Assembly (NCBI GenBank): GCA_963708135.1
Contig: OY970192.1
Coordinates: 1,984,001 to 2,048,000 of the forward strand
Length of the DNA stretch: 64,000 nt
Source: an uncultured Gemmatimonadales bacterium
GTDB lineage: Bacteria > Gemmatimonadota > Gemmatimonadetes > Longimicrobiales > RSA9
Direction: 5' to 3'
A program made the translations under genes and the position numbers. The notes under the pieces were generated by a model. It did not search any database, was not told the DNA's origin, and was given only the letters and a program-made list of their open reading frames with translations. Shown in pieces: positions 1-9,935 of this stretch. How positions within the stretch are numbered: the stretch's first letter is position 1; each line of letters opens with the position of its first letter.

Positions 1-76
1 CCTGGGCGTGACGCGCGAGCAGCTCTCGAGCGGCTTCGGCGACACGTACTCCTTCCGGATCGGCGTCACCTTCTGA
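1..76 (+). CDS. 3' end of a probable outer-membrane beta-barrel protein (partial)
   Basis: Frame from base 2 reads LGVTREQLSSGFGDTYSFRIGVTF-stop; alternating hydrophobic pattern with terminal Phe. Confidence 0.5.
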   Translation, partial: LGVTREQLSSGFGDTYSFRIGVTF

Positions 77-92
77 GCATCGGGGATCTCAA

Positions 93-1211
93 TTGACGGC
101 AGCGGAAGTGGGGAGCGCACGGACGGACCTGCTGGACGTGCTTCCCGCGGAGGCGGAGCGGCTCCTGGCCGAGCACTTCGCGGGGCGGGGCGCGCGCACC
201 TACCGGGTCAAGCAGGTGCTGCCGTGGCTCTACGAGCGGGATGCGCTCTCCTTCGATGAGATGACGGACCTTCCCGCGGCGGAGCGCGCGGCGCTGGCCG
301 AGCACTTCGCGCTCACGGCCCCCGCGCTGGTACGGGCCGCGGAGTCGGCGGACGGCACGGTCAAGCACCTGTGGCGGATGGCGGACGGCGAGCTGGTCGA
401 GTCCGTACTGATCCCGGCGGGGGAGCGGCTGACCCTGTGCATCTCGTCGCAGGCCGGCTGCGCCATGGCGTGCGTCTTCTGCGCCACCGGGTGGTCAGGC
501 TACCGCCGCCAGCTGAGCGCGGCGGAGATCGTGGCGCAGTTCCGCGGCGCCCGGCGCTGGAGCACGGAGCAGCGGGGGCGGGCGATCACGAACGTGGTCT
601 TCATGGGCATGGGCGAGCCGCTCATGAACCCGAAGGGCGTCTTCCCCGCCCTTACGCTGCTCAACCACGCCTACGGATTCGGCGCCCGGCGGATCACCGT
701 CTCGACCGTCGGGGTGGTGCCGGGAATCCTGCGCCTGGCGGAGCGGCCCGAGCAGTTCCGCCTGGCCGTCTCGCTGCACGCGCCGGAGCACGCGCTCCGG
801 CAGCGCATCGTGCCGCTCGAGAAGAAGTATCCGCTCCCGGCGCTGCTCGACGCGCTGCGCGAGTTCGATGCGGCCGGCGGGCGCCGCATCACCCTCGAGT
901 ACGTGATGATCGATGGGGTGAACGACGCCCCCGAGCTGGCCGGGGCGTTGGCCGACATCGCGAAGGAGTTCCGGGCGCACGTCAACCTGATCCCCTACAA
1001 CCCGATCCCCGGCCCCGACTGGCGGCCCACGCCGCCCGCCCGGCTGCGCGACTTCGCTCGCCGCCTCCACGAACGCGGGGTCGAGGCCACGGTGCGTGAG
1101 CCGCGCGGCCGCGACATCGCGGCGGCGTGCGGGCAGCTGCGCGCCGAGCACGAGCCGCATCCGCCGCGACCCTACCTCGAGTTGACCCGGGGAGCGGCGC
1201 GCCAGTCGTAG
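93..1211 (+). CDS. rlmN: 23S rRNA/tRNA m2A methyltransferase, radical SAM
   Basis: CISSQAGCAMACVFCATG (CxxxCxxC), VFMGMGEP, DIAAACGQL. Confidence 0.95.
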   Translation: MTAAEVGSARTDLLDVLPAEAERLLAEHFAGRGARTYRVKQVLPWLYERDALSFDEMTDLPAAERAALAEHFALTAPALVRAAESADGTVKHLWRMADGELVESVLIPAGERLTLCISSQAGCAMACVFCATGWSGYRRQLSAAEIVAQFRGARRWSTEQRGRAITNVVFMGMGEPLMNPKGVFPALTLLNHAYGFGARRITVSTVGVVPGILRLAERPEQFRLAVSLHAPEHALRQRIVPLEKKYPLPALLDALREFDAAGGRRITLEYVMIDGVNDAPELAGALADIAKEFRAHVNLIPYNPIPGPDWRPTPPARLRDFARRLHERGVEATVREPRGRDIAAACGQLRAEHEPHPPRPYLELTRGAARQS

Positions 1212-1242
1212 GCTACGCCTCCTGCCTCCACGCCGCCGGCCT

Positions 1243-1788
1243 TCACCGCCGCGACGTCGTGTCCGCCCCGGCCCGCTTCGGCCCCGGCCCCGGCAGCCAG
1301 TCCCCTCCCGGGCCAGGATCGGCCGCGGCCGGCCAGTCCCGCCCCAGCACTACGGTGACGTCGATGTCGGGCGGAGCGCCGCCCTTCGACTGCACGCGTC
1401 CCGCCCCCAGCGCATCCACCACCGCCCGCGCCGCCCCGGGGCGGCCGCTCCGGTCGAGCACGAGAGTCGAGTCGCGGCGCGCGCCGCCGGCGTTCCCGAA
1501 GTAGATCACGTCGAAGCCGTCGGCACGGAGCCGCTCCGTCGCGCGGCGGGCGAGGCCGCCGCGGCCGGTGCCGTTCAGGACCTCCACTCGCACCCTGGGC
1601 CCCGCCGGGGCGCTCACCGGCGCGTCCGTGTCGGGCGGCGCGTCGGCCACGAGGGCGGAGGCGGACGCGGCATCGGACGCGGGCGCGTCGCCTGCGGGAT
1701 GGCGGAGCCCGAGGCCGAACGAGATGAGGAAGGCGACGACGGCCAGGCCGGCCACGACGAGGAGCGCGAGCTCGAGGCGGGCGCGCAC
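1243..1788 (-). CDS. LytR C-terminal domain membrane-anchored protein
   Basis: N-terminal TM from GTG 1788; VRVEVLNGTGRGGLA and DVTVVLGRDW motifs. Confidence 0.85.
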   Translation of the reverse strand: MRARLELALLVVAGLAVVAFLISFGLGLRHPAGDAPASDAASASALVADAPPDTDAPVSAPAGPRVRVEVLNGTGRGGLARRATERLRADGFDVIYFGNAGGARRDSTLVLDRSGRPGAARAVVDALGAGRVQSKGGAPPDIDVTVVLGRDWPAAADPGPGGDWLPGPGPKRAGADTTSRR

Positions 1789-1790
1789 CG

Positions 1791-2369
1791 TCAGCCTTCC
1801 TCCGCCAGACGGTTCCAGAAGGCGGTCGTCTCGGGCCGGATGGTCATGCCCCGCTCGATGAGATGGCGGATGCGGGCGCCGAGCACCTGGCGCAGCACCA
1901 CATCCGCCCGCTCCGGCATGCGGGCCCGCAGGCTGGCGCGCCAGAGCGGGGCGAAGGCGCGGCCGGGCTCCAGGAAATCGGCGAGGTAGAGCGCGCGGCC
2001 GGCCCGGTCGAGATCCGGGTGTCCGATGGTGTGGTACGCCACGGCCAGCAGCACGCCGGGATCCTCGACACCCTCCTGGCGCAGGCGCGCCGCGGCGGCG
2101 GGCCCGTGCAGCAAGCGGGCGGGCAGCTCCGCCGCCTCCGGCGGCACGATGGGGCGCAGCACCTCGGGCGGCGCATCGCGCAGGGCGTCGTGCAGCCAGG
2201 CGACGGCGCGCCAGCGGGCTCGCTCGCCCGGGTCGAGCGCGAGCGCGTCGGCCCAGGCATCGACGAGCGCCGCCACCCGGGCCACGTGCTCCGCGCGCGC
2301 CGGGCGCAGCACGGCCCACTCGGGCAGCGTCCCCTCAGCGGCGCGGGCGAGGGCGTCGGGCGCGGGCAT
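1791..2369 (-). CDS. HD-domain hydrolase, YqeK-like
   Basis: WLHDALR, LLHGPAAA, AYHTIG, LYLADFLEPGR; start uncertain (2369-2423). Confidence 0.8.
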   Translation of the reverse strand: MPAPDALARAAEGTLPEWAVLRPARAEHVARVAALVDAWADALALDPGERARWRAVAWLHDALRDAPPEVLRPIVPPEAAELPARLLHGPAAAARLRQEGVEDPGVLLAVAYHTIGHPDLDRAGRALYLADFLEPGRAFAPLWRASLRARMPERADVVLRQVLGARIRHLIERGMTIRPETTAFWNRLAEEG

Positions 2370-2441
2370 GGCGGTCAGAGGTCGGCTCCGATCACCGCGG
2401 CGCGGTGCGTCCTGGACCTGCACATCACGCGCGGCATCGCG

Positions 2442-3290
2442 CTACTCTCGCTCGAGGATGACGTTGTCGATGAGACGGGTGCCGCCCACGCGGGCGGCCA
2501 GCGCGAGCACGTCGCCCGGCGAGGCCCGGTCGATGGGCGCGAGCGTATCCGGCCCCACGAGCTCGACGTACTCCGGTTCTACCCCGCCCCCATCCTCCAG
2601 GGTCGCGCGCGCGAGCGCGCACAAGCGCCCGGCATCGCTCTCGCCATCCCGCCATGCGGCCAGGGCGCGGGCCAGAGCGCGAGAGAGGCGGATGGTGCGG
2701 GCGCGGTCGGCGTCCTCCAGATAGACGTTGCGCGAGCTCATGGCGAGGCCGTCCGCCTCGCGCACGATCGGCGCCACCTCGATGGCGATGGCGAAGTCCA
2801 GGTCGGCCACCATCCGGCGGATCAGCGCCGCCTGCTGGTAGTCCTTCTGCCCGAAGACGGCGATGTCGGGGCGGACGATATGGAAGAGCTTGGCCACGAC
2901 CGTGAGCACGCCCTCGAAGTGGCCCGGGCGGAAGGCGCCGCAGAGGTGGGCCGCCATCGGGCCCGGCACCACCCGCACCAGCGCCTCGCCCGCCGGATAC
3001 ATCTCGACCTCCGTCGGCGCGAAAACGAGGTCCACGCCGCGGCCGGACGCCAGCGCGACGTCGCGCTCCAGGTCGCGCGGGTAGCGGGCCAGGTCCTCGC
3101 CCGGACCGAACTGGAGCGGGTTGACGAAGATCGACAGGACGACCAGGTCCGCCAGGGGGCGCGCGCGGTCCACCAGCGAGAGGTGGCCCTCGTGCAGGAA
3201 GCCCATGGTCGGGACGAGCGCGACGGTCCGGCCCGCGCTGCGCGCTTCGGCGACCGCGGCATGGACGGCGGCCCGGCTCTCCAGCACCAT
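2442..3290 (-). CDS. panC: Pantoate-beta-alanine ligase
   Basis: PTMGFLHEGH, FVNPLQF, FGQKDYQQ, GLAMSSRN, RLIDN. Confidence 0.97.
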   Translation of the reverse strand: MVLESRAAVHAAVAEARSAGRTVALVPTMGFLHEGHLSLVDRARPLADLVVLSIFVNPLQFGPGEDLARYPRDLERDVALASGRGVDLVFAPTEVEMYPAGEALVRVVPGPMAAHLCGAFRPGHFEGVLTVVAKLFHIVRPDIAVFGQKDYQQAALIRRMVADLDFAIAIEVAPIVREADGLAMSSRNVYLEDADRARTIRLSRALARALAAWRDGESDAGRLCALARATLEDGGGVEPEYVELVGPDTLAPIDRASPGDVLALAARVGGTRLIDNVILERE

Positions 3291-3291
3291 G

Positions 3292-4119
3292 TCAGTCGAA
3301 GGAGTGCTCCGCGGCGGGATACTCGCCCTTGCGCACGGCGTCGGCGTAGGCGCCGAGCCCCGTGCGCGCCTCGCCGGCCAGATCGGCGAACGCCCGCAGG
3401 AACTTGGGCTTGAATCGGTCGTTCAGGCCGAGCAGGTCGTAGAGCACGAGCACCTGCCCGTCCGCGTGGGGGCCGGCGCCGATGCCGATGGTCGGGATCC
3501 GGATGGCGCGGGTCAGGTCCGCGGCGAGCGGGGCGGGAAGCAGCTCGAGCACGATCGAGAAGCAGCCCGCGTCCGCGAGCCTGCCGGCCTCGGCCGCGAG
3601 GCGCTGCGCGTGCACCTCCTCGCGGCCCTGCACGCGGTAGCCGCCGAGCGCGTGCACCGACTGCGGCACCAGCCCGATGTGGCCCATGACGGGGATGCCC
3701 GCCCGAACGAGGGCGTGAACGTGGGCCGCGGTCTCATCGTCGCCGCCCTCGAGCTTCACGGCCTCCGCCCCCGTCTCCTTCAGGATCCGCCCGGCATTGC
3801 GCACCGTGTCCTGCGGCGAGATCTGGAAGGAGAGGAACGGCATGTCGATCACGAGCAGCGCGTGCTTCACGCCCCGGCGCACGGCTGCGCCGTGGTGGAT
3901 CATGTCCTCGAGCGTGACGGGGATGGTGGACTCGTAGCCGAGGACGACCTGGCCGAGCGAGTCGCCGACGAGCACGACGTCGGCGCCGCTCTCATCGACG
4001 AGGCGGCCGAACAGGAAATCGTACGCGGTCACCACGACGATCTTCTCGCCGCGCTGCTTCATGTCCAGGAGCTGCCGTGTGGTGACGCGCCGCTGCTGCG
4101 CTGCGGGAGGTGTGCCCAT
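3292..4119 (-). CDS. panB: 3-methyl-2-oxobutanoate hydroxymethyltransferase
   Basis: TAYD, LVGDSLG, VKLEGG, GHIGLVPQS, GIGAG. Confidence 0.97.
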   Translation of the reverse strand: MGTPPAAQQRRVTTRQLLDMKQRGEKIVVVTAYDFLFGRLVDESGADVVLVGDSLGQVVLGYESTIPVTLEDMIHHGAAVRRGVKHALLVIDMPFLSFQISPQDTVRNAGRILKETGAEAVKLEGGDDETAAHVHALVRAGIPVMGHIGLVPQSVHALGGYRVQGREEVHAQRLAAEAGRLADAGCFSIVLELLPAPLAADLTRAIRIPTIGIGAGPHADGQVLVLYDLLGLNDRFKPKFLRAFADLAGEARTGLGAYADAVRKGEYPAAEHSFD

Positions 4120-4218
4120 CCCGACGCCTTCCTGCCTCGAAGGAAGCGGTGAAAACGGCGCAATGGCGCGCCATTTCACGAGTTGACGCAAGCGGCAAGC
4201 TAACCGCACCTTGGGGGG

Positions 4219-5922
4219 ATGTCAAACCCGGTCCGCTACGATCCGCGCCTCGTCGGGGCGCTCGCCACCGAGCTCGCCGGACGGCTCCTCGGAACCCCCG
4301 CGCGCACCCTCCGGCTCGATCCCGGCCGGCACCTGGCGGCGCTCGAAAGCGCGCGCCACACCCTCGTGCTCGACCTCCACCCGACCCGCGGCTGGATCAC
4401 CCTCGCCGCGGCCCCGCCGCCCGCGCCGCGCGTCATCGCGCTGCGGCGGACGCAGGTGGTCGGGATCGAGGCGCCGCCCGACGAGCGGATCCTGCGCCTC
4501 GCGCTCGCCGGGCCGCCCCGGAGCCGGCTGCGCCAGCTCGTCATCGAGCTCATGACGAACCAGGAGAACGTGATCGCGCTCGACGCCGAGGGACGCATCC
4601 TGACCCTGCTCCGGCGCAGGAGCGGCGGCGCCCGCCCGCTCGAGCCCGGCGCCCTCTACGCGCCGCCGCCGCCGCCCGGCCGCGAGGGGACGGACGCTCC
4701 GCTGGCCCCCGAGACGTGGCAGGCCATCCTGGAGGATGCGGCGCCCGAGGCGCGCCGGCGGCGCGTGCTGCGCTCCGTCGCGTGGACGAGCGCCCTCAAC
4801 GTGGACGCGATCCTCGCGGCGGGCGAAGCGGGCGAGGCGTACGCGCGCTACCTGGCCGTGGCGTGGCCGGAGGCGCCGCGGCCCTGCCTGCTCGATCCCG
4901 CCGGCGCGCGGCAGCCCTATCCGGTGCCGCTGCCGGGGCTCCCGAGCGCCGCGGTCCCCTCGCTCCTCGACGCCATCGCCGCGCGGGCGGCGGAGGCGGA
5001 CGCGGCGGCCGGGGCGGAGGCCGCCGCAGGCACCGCCGCCGCCGCGGGAACGGCGATAGGCGGGCCGGAGCACCCGTCGGGCGGGCTCGCGCCGGAGCTG
5101 CTGGAGCGGCTCCGGCGCCGGATGGCCGGGCTCGGCCGCAGGCTGCACCGGCTGCACGCCGAGGCGGCCGGGGCCGCACCCGAGGCGGCCGCGCTGCGTC
5201 GCCAGGGCGACGTCCTGCTGGCGCACCTCGGGGCGGTGCGGAAGGGGGCGGCGGAGGTGGAGCTGGAGGACTTCGAGGGCGGGGCGCTGCGCATCGCGCT
5301 GGATCCCGCGCTCGCACCGGCGGAGAACGCGCGCCGCCTGTACGACGCGGCGCGCAAGCGCGAGCGGGCGGCGGAGCGGATCCCGGCGCTCGCGGCACGG
5401 GCCGAGGCGGAGCAGGCCGCTCTGGCCGCGCTGCTCGCGCGAGCGGAGCGCGGCGAGGCGGGGGCGGAAGAGGTGCGCTCCGCGGCCGGCGAGGCGCAGG
5501 CGCCGCCGGGCAAGGCGGGTGCACCGGCTGAAGACCGGCTCCCGTACCGCCGCTACGCGACGAGCGGCGGTCTCGAGGTCCGCGTGGGGCGGAGCGGGCG
5601 TGCCAATGACGACCTCACCTTCCACCACTCCTCGCCGGACGACATTCGGCTGCACGCGCGGGACACGGCCGGCGCCCACGTGGTGCTGCGCTGGACCGAC
5701 CGGGACGCGAATCCGCCGCGGCGGGACCTCGAGGAGGCCGCCGTGCTGGCGGCGCTGCACAGCCGCGCCCGCACGTCCGGGACGGTACCCGTGGACTGGA
5801 CCCGCCGGAAATACGTCCGCAAGCCGCGCAAGGCGCCGCCCGGGCGGGTGGCGGTGGAACGATCGAAGACGCTGTTCGTGGAGCCGGATGCCGCGGTGGA
5901 GGGGCGGCTCAGGCGGCCGTGA
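4219..5922 (+). CDS. NFACT / RqcH (FbpA-like) protein with NFACT-R RNA-binding domain
   Basis: DERIL, LVIEL, ENARRLY, VGRS..ANDDLT, HARDTAGAHV, VRKPRKAPPG. Confidence 0.88.
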   Translation: MSNPVRYDPRLVGALATELAGRLLGTPARTLRLDPGRHLAALESARHTLVLDLHPTRGWITLAAAPPPAPRVIALRRTQVVGIEAPPDERILRLALAGPPRSRLRQLVIELMTNQENVIALDAEGRILTLLRRRSGGARPLEPGALYAPPPPPGREGTDAPLAPETWQAILEDAAPEARRRRVLRSVAWTSALNVDAILAAGEAGEAYARYLAVAWPEAPRPCLLDPAGARQPYPVPLPGLPSAAVPSLLDAIAARAAEADAAAGAEAAAGTAAAAGTAIGGPEHPSGGLAPELLERLRRRMAGLGRRLHRLHAEAAGAAPEAAALRRQGDVLLAHLGAVRKGAAEVELEDFEGGALRIALDPALAPAENARRLYDAARKRERAAERIPALAARAEAEQAALAALLARAERGEAGAEEVRSAAGEAQAPPGKAGAPAEDRLPYRRYATSGGLEVRVGRSGRANDDLTFHHSSPDDIRLHARDTAGAHVVLRWTDRDANPPRRDLEEAAVLAALHSRARTSGTVPVDWTRRKYVRKPRKAPPGRVAVERSKTLFVEPDAAVEGRLRRP

Positions 5923-6736
5923 GGCCGTCGATCCCGGCGCGCAGCCCGGCGACGAAGGCCTCCGCGCCCTCCGGGCCGCCGCGGTCCAGCGCATCGATGA
6001 GGGCGCTGCCGACCACCACGCCGTCCGCGACGGCCGCCACCGCCGCGGCCTGGGCGGGCGTCGAGATGCCGAAGCCGACGGCCACCGGCACGCGGGTGGC
6101 GCGGCGCAGTCTCGCCACCTGCTCGCCGAGGTCGGGCGGCAGGGCCGCGCGGGCGCCGGTGACGCCCCGCCGGGAGATATAGTAGAGGAAGCCCTGCGCG
6201 CGGGCCGCGATCCGCCGCGCCCGCTCGGGGGGGGTGGTGGGGGCGAGCAGGCGGATCAGCGAGAGGGGCGAGCGCTCGAAGGTGCCCTCCAGCGCCTCGT
6301 CGCTTCCCGCGGGCAGGTCGGTCAGCAGCAGCCCGTCCGCGCCGGCCGCGATCGCGCTCTCCAGGAAGCGCTCCACGCCGTACGCGAGCACCGGATTCAG
6401 GTACGTGAAGAGCACCACCGGCGTGTCGTGCCCGCGGCGGAAGTCCGCGAGCATCTCGAGCGCGGCCGGGAGCGTGGCGCCGCGCTCGAGCGCACGCTGC
6501 GAGGCGCGCTGGATGGTCGGCCCGTCGGCCACCGGGTCGCTGAAGGGGATGCCGAGCTCGATGATGTCCGCGCCCGCCCGGGCCAGCCGGCGGAGCAGGT
6601 CCGGGGTGGCGCCGGGATCCGGGTACCCGGCGGTCAGGTAGGGAATGAGGGCGCGGCGGTCCGCCTCGCGCCAGCCGGCGAAGCGCGCCGCCAGGCGGTC
6701 GGCGTCAGACGAAGTAGTCGGCGACGCGGATTCCAT
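5909..6736 (-). CDS. trpA: Tryptophan synthase alpha chain
   Basis: PYLTAGYP, ELGIPFSDPVADGPTIQ, GFGIS, DGVVVGSA. Confidence 0.97.
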   Translation of the reverse strand: MESASPTTSSDADRLAARFAGWREADRRALIPYLTAGYPDPGATPDLLRRLARAGADIIELGIPFSDPVADGPTIQRASQRALERGATLPAALEMLADFRRGHDTPVVLFTYLNPVLAYGVERFLESAIAAGADGLLLTDLPAGSDEALEGTFERSPLSLIRLLAPTTPPERARRIAARAQGFLYYISRRGVTGARAALPPDLGEQVARLRRATRVPVAVGFGISTPAQAAAVAAVADGVVVGSALIDALDRGGPEGAEAFVAGLRAGIDGLTAA

Positions 6737-8162
6737 ACTTGTCCGGATCGGTCGTCTTGATGATCGTGCGGAGCGGCGCGCCGGTGGCTGGATCGAGCTC
6801 CGTGAGGTCGTGGACCGCGGGCTCGGCGATCATGAGGCCGAGCGGGTCGGAGATGACCTTCACCAGCGGCTGGTGCAGGCGCTTGGGATCCTGGTTGCGC
6901 GCGACGACCACGGCCATCTCGTTCGTGTCGAGGATGACCAGCGTGCCGACCGGGAAGACGCCGGTCACGTTCGTGAACGCCTTGACCAGCAGTTGATCGT
7001 AGCCGCGGCTCTTGTTCTCGCGCATCTCCCGCATGACCTCGTCCGGCGGCCACGAGAGCGAGCGGTAGCTGCGCTTCGAGGTGGCCGCGTCGAAGCCGTC
7101 CGCCACCGCGACGATGCGGCTGAAGAGGCGTGGCGTGCGCGGCCGCCGGTTCGCGGGATAGCCCGTGAGATCCACCTTCATGTGGTGCTCGTAGGCCAGC
7201 AGCATCGCGCGGTACGGCTCCTCCGCCAGCCCCTTGACGCCGAATAGCGAGAGCAGCCCTTCGGTCGGGTGCTGCTTCACCTCCTCCCACTCCTCGTCGG
7301 TGAGGGAGCCGGCCTTGGTCACGACCGCCAGGTTCAGGCGCATCTTGCCGACATCGTGGAAGAGGGCGCCGAGCCCGAGCTCGTAGAGCTGGATCTTCGT
7401 GAGCCCGAGCTTCTGCCCGAGCACCACGCTGAAGATGCAGACATTCACGGAGTGGGTGAACGTGTACTCGTCGAAGTCGCGCAGGGTGGTCATGCCGACG
7501 ATCGAGGTCTCGTTGTTCAGCACCTGGTCCACGATCGCCTGCACGGCCCGCTTCACGCGCCGGATGTTGACGGCCCGGCCGAGGCGAAAGTCGCCCAGCA
7601 CGTCCTTGGCCACCTGGACCGACTGGAAGTACGCCCGCTTGGCGGACTCCTTCGCCTCATCGTCGGTCGTGTGCGGCCGCTGCGGCTCGCCCTCGCTGCG
7701 CGCCGGCGAGATGCGGATGTGCTCCACGCCGCTCGCGGCGAACCGCTCCGTGAAGCGCGAGAAGGGATCGTCCGAGCGGGCCTCGTCGAGCAGCAGCGAG
7801 AGGAAGCGCGCCCACTCCTCGCGGGTCACCCCCGCGTCGGCCTCGACGCCGCCGATCTCGTGGCGACCGAGCGAGCCGGCCACGAAGGAAAAGGCCATGT
7901 AGTGCGTGAGGTCGAGGCGCAGGCGCGCGTCGTTCAGGAACAGGAAGTCCCCGATCAGCTGCAGCTCGAGCGTGCCCTCGCGCTCGACGATGCGCCGCGC
8001 GATGCGGTGCATCTCCTCGAGAGAGTTCTGCACGGTCGCGTTCTCGAGCGGGTAGAGCTTGAGGGATTGCGACGTCGCGTAGAACGCCGTCACCAGCGAG
8101 CGGCCGAGCGGCTGGAGCACGTTCTCGCTCTCGAGGAGCGGCGCGGCGGCGTGCGTGGCCAT
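6705..8162 (-). CDS. HD-GYP domain protein (predicted cyclic dinucleotide phosphodiesterase) with uncharacterised N-terminal domain
   Basis: YTFTHSVNV, FHDVGK, HPTEG, EHH..DLTGYP, AVADGFDA motifs intact. Confidence 0.9.
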   Translation of the reverse strand: MATHAAAPLLESENVLQPLGRSLVTAFYATSQSLKLYPLENATVQNSLEEMHRIARRIVEREGTLELQLIGDFLFLNDARLRLDLTHYMAFSFVAGSLGRHEIGGVEADAGVTREEWARFLSLLLDEARSDDPFSRFTERFAASGVEHIRISPARSEGEPQRPHTTDDEAKESAKRAYFQSVQVAKDVLGDFRLGRAVNIRRVKRAVQAIVDQVLNNETSIVGMTTLRDFDEYTFTHSVNVCIFSVVLGQKLGLTKIQLYELGLGALFHDVGKMRLNLAVVTKAGSLTDEEWEEVKQHPTEGLLSLFGVKGLAEEPYRAMLLAYEHHMKVDLTGYPANRRPRTPRLFSRIVAVADGFDAATSKRSYRSLSWPPDEVMREMRENKSRGYDQLLVKAFTNVTGVFPVGTLVILDTNEMAVVVARNQDPKRLHQPLVKVISDPLGLMIAEPAVHDLTELDPATGAPLRTIIKTTDPDKYGIRVADYFV

Positions 8163-9931
8163 CAGACCGAAGCCTCCTGCCGGAGCGCGCGCGCCACCGC
8201 GTTGCGGACCATCGGGTTCGCCTCGTCCGCGCACCGCTCCAGCGCGGCGCGCGCGCCGGGTGTGTTCATCCGGCCGAGCGCAAGCGCCGCGCAGGCGCGC
8301 AGCTCCGGCGCCTGCCGCTGGCGCAGCACGTTGCGGCCGTTCAGCAAGCGGTCGAGGAAGCCCACGCTGTCGGCGTTGGCCACCGCGCCGAAGGCCTCGA
8401 AGAAGGCGATCTTCTCCGTGAGGTCCGCCTCCTTCACGGTCCGCGATCGCAGCATCTCCTCCAGCCGCGGGCGCGCCGGCTGGTAGCGCAGCCGGGCGAA
8501 GCCGCGGGCGGCCGCCACGCGCACTTCGCGCTCCGGGTCCTCCAGCGCTCCCTCCAGCGCCTCCATGGCGGGGCCCGAGTGGATGGCGACGAGGGCCTCC
8601 ACCGCGGCCAGGCGGAGCGCCGGCTCGTCACGCTGGAGAAGCTGCGTGATCGGCTGCGCCGCCCGCGGCAGCGCCATCTGGCCGAGCAGCCGCGCGGCAC
8701 CGCCGGCCACGACGGGCTCATCCGAGCGGAGCAGCTCGATCACGTCGTCCGGGTGCTCGCGCGCGATCGACTGGATGGCGGTGCCGAGGCGGTTCCGGAG
8801 CGCCTCGGAGGGCGTGGTCTCCACGCTCCGGATGAGGAGCGGCAGCGATGCGGGCCCCAGGTGCCGGAGAAACACGCCGAGCTCCTCGCCCTCCGGATCG
8901 ATAACCGCATCCTCCAGCGAGCGGATCAGCTGCGCGATCACCGCCGGATCGCGCAGCTCGCTGAAGATGCGCTGCACATCCTCGCGCTGCTCCGGCGAGA
9001 GCAGCTCCTCATCCTCCAGGATGTCGCTCAGCTCGAGCAGGATCCGCGAGCCGGAGGTCAGGTCCCCACGGCTCAGGAACGCCGGCAGCAGCTGGCGCAG
9101 GATGCCGAGGATCTCGCTCTGGCGCGCCGGCAGCGGGTCCTCGAGCCGGTCCAGCAGCGCGCTCAGCACGTCCGCCTTGAGGTCCCGCGTCCATTCCAGC
9201 TCGACCTCCTGCTGCAAGGCTTGCAGCTCGGGCTCGTCCAGGAAATAGAGCGTCTCCTCGAATTCCTCGCGGCTCATCCCGGGAGGCGGCGCGGGGGCCG
9301 TCGCCTGGGCGAGCTGCGAGGGCCGCGGCGGCTCCCCGTCCGCTCCGGAAAGATCCGCCTCGAGCAGGCCGATATCCACGCACTCGAGCTCGGGCGCCGA
9401 CTCGCGCGGTATCTCGAGCCCCTCCGCCAGCACGTCCACGTAGCCATACTGGAAGGACGCGAACTGCTGCTCCCAGAGCAGCGTGACCACGTCGTCCCCG
9501 GTCTGCTCCGCCTGCCGCACGGCGTGCACCACCTCGAGAAAGACCTCGACCTCGTCCTCGAAGCCGGGCAGGAACGTCAGCGAGCGGACCCCATCCTTGA
9601 AGAAGAGAAACGACAGGCTGTCCCGCCCCTCGCCCACCGTGAAGGTGCGCCCCGCCCAGCGGAACGCGCCCTCCTCGAGCGCCAGGCGCAGCGAGCCCAC
9701 CTCCGTCCACAGGTTGCGGAACGCCGCGCGCAGCGACGCGATGAAGCCCTGGTAGACAGGGTTGTTCGACTGGTACAGCCGGTGGGCGCGGACGCTCTTC
9801 TCGAGCAGCCCGAACAGCTCCATGACCCGTGCGGGCTCGAGCACGTCCTCGGCCTGGTCGTCGAGGACCCGGGCCGGGCGGGGAGGCTGGACGGAAGGAC
9901 TCGCCATCAGCGGCTCGTTCGTAGGGTTCAT
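8162..9931 (-). CDS. HEAT-repeat (PBS lyase-like) protein
   Basis: Repeated C-terminal units such as LEDPEREVRVAAARG and DEANPMVRNAVARAL; acidic helical N-terminus. Confidence 0.85.
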   Translation of the reverse strand: MNPTNEPLMASPSVQPPRPARVLDDQAEDVLEPARVMELFGLLEKSVRAHRLYQSNNPVYQGFIASLRAAFRNLWTEVGSLRLALEEGAFRWAGRTFTVGEGRDSLSFLFFKDGVRSLTFLPGFEDEVEVFLEVVHAVRQAEQTGDDVVTLLWEQQFASFQYGYVDVLAEGLEIPRESAPELECVDIGLLEADLSGADGEPPRPSQLAQATAPAPPPGMSREEFEETLYFLDEPELQALQQEVELEWTRDLKADVLSALLDRLEDPLPARQSEILGILRQLLPAFLSRGDLTSGSRILLELSDILEDEELLSPEQREDVQRIFSELRDPAVIAQLIRSLEDAVIDPEGEELGVFLRHLGPASLPLLIRSVETTPSEALRNRLGTAIQSIAREHPDDVIELLRSDEPVVAGGAARLLGQMALPRAAQPITQLLQRDEPALRLAAVEALVAIHSGPAMEALEGALEDPEREVRVAAARGFARLRYQPARPRLEEMLRSRTVKEADLTEKIAFFEAFGAVANADSVGFLDRLLNGRNVLRQRQAPELRACAALALGRMNTPGARAALERCADEANPMVRNAVARALRQEASV

Positions 9932-9935
9932 GATC

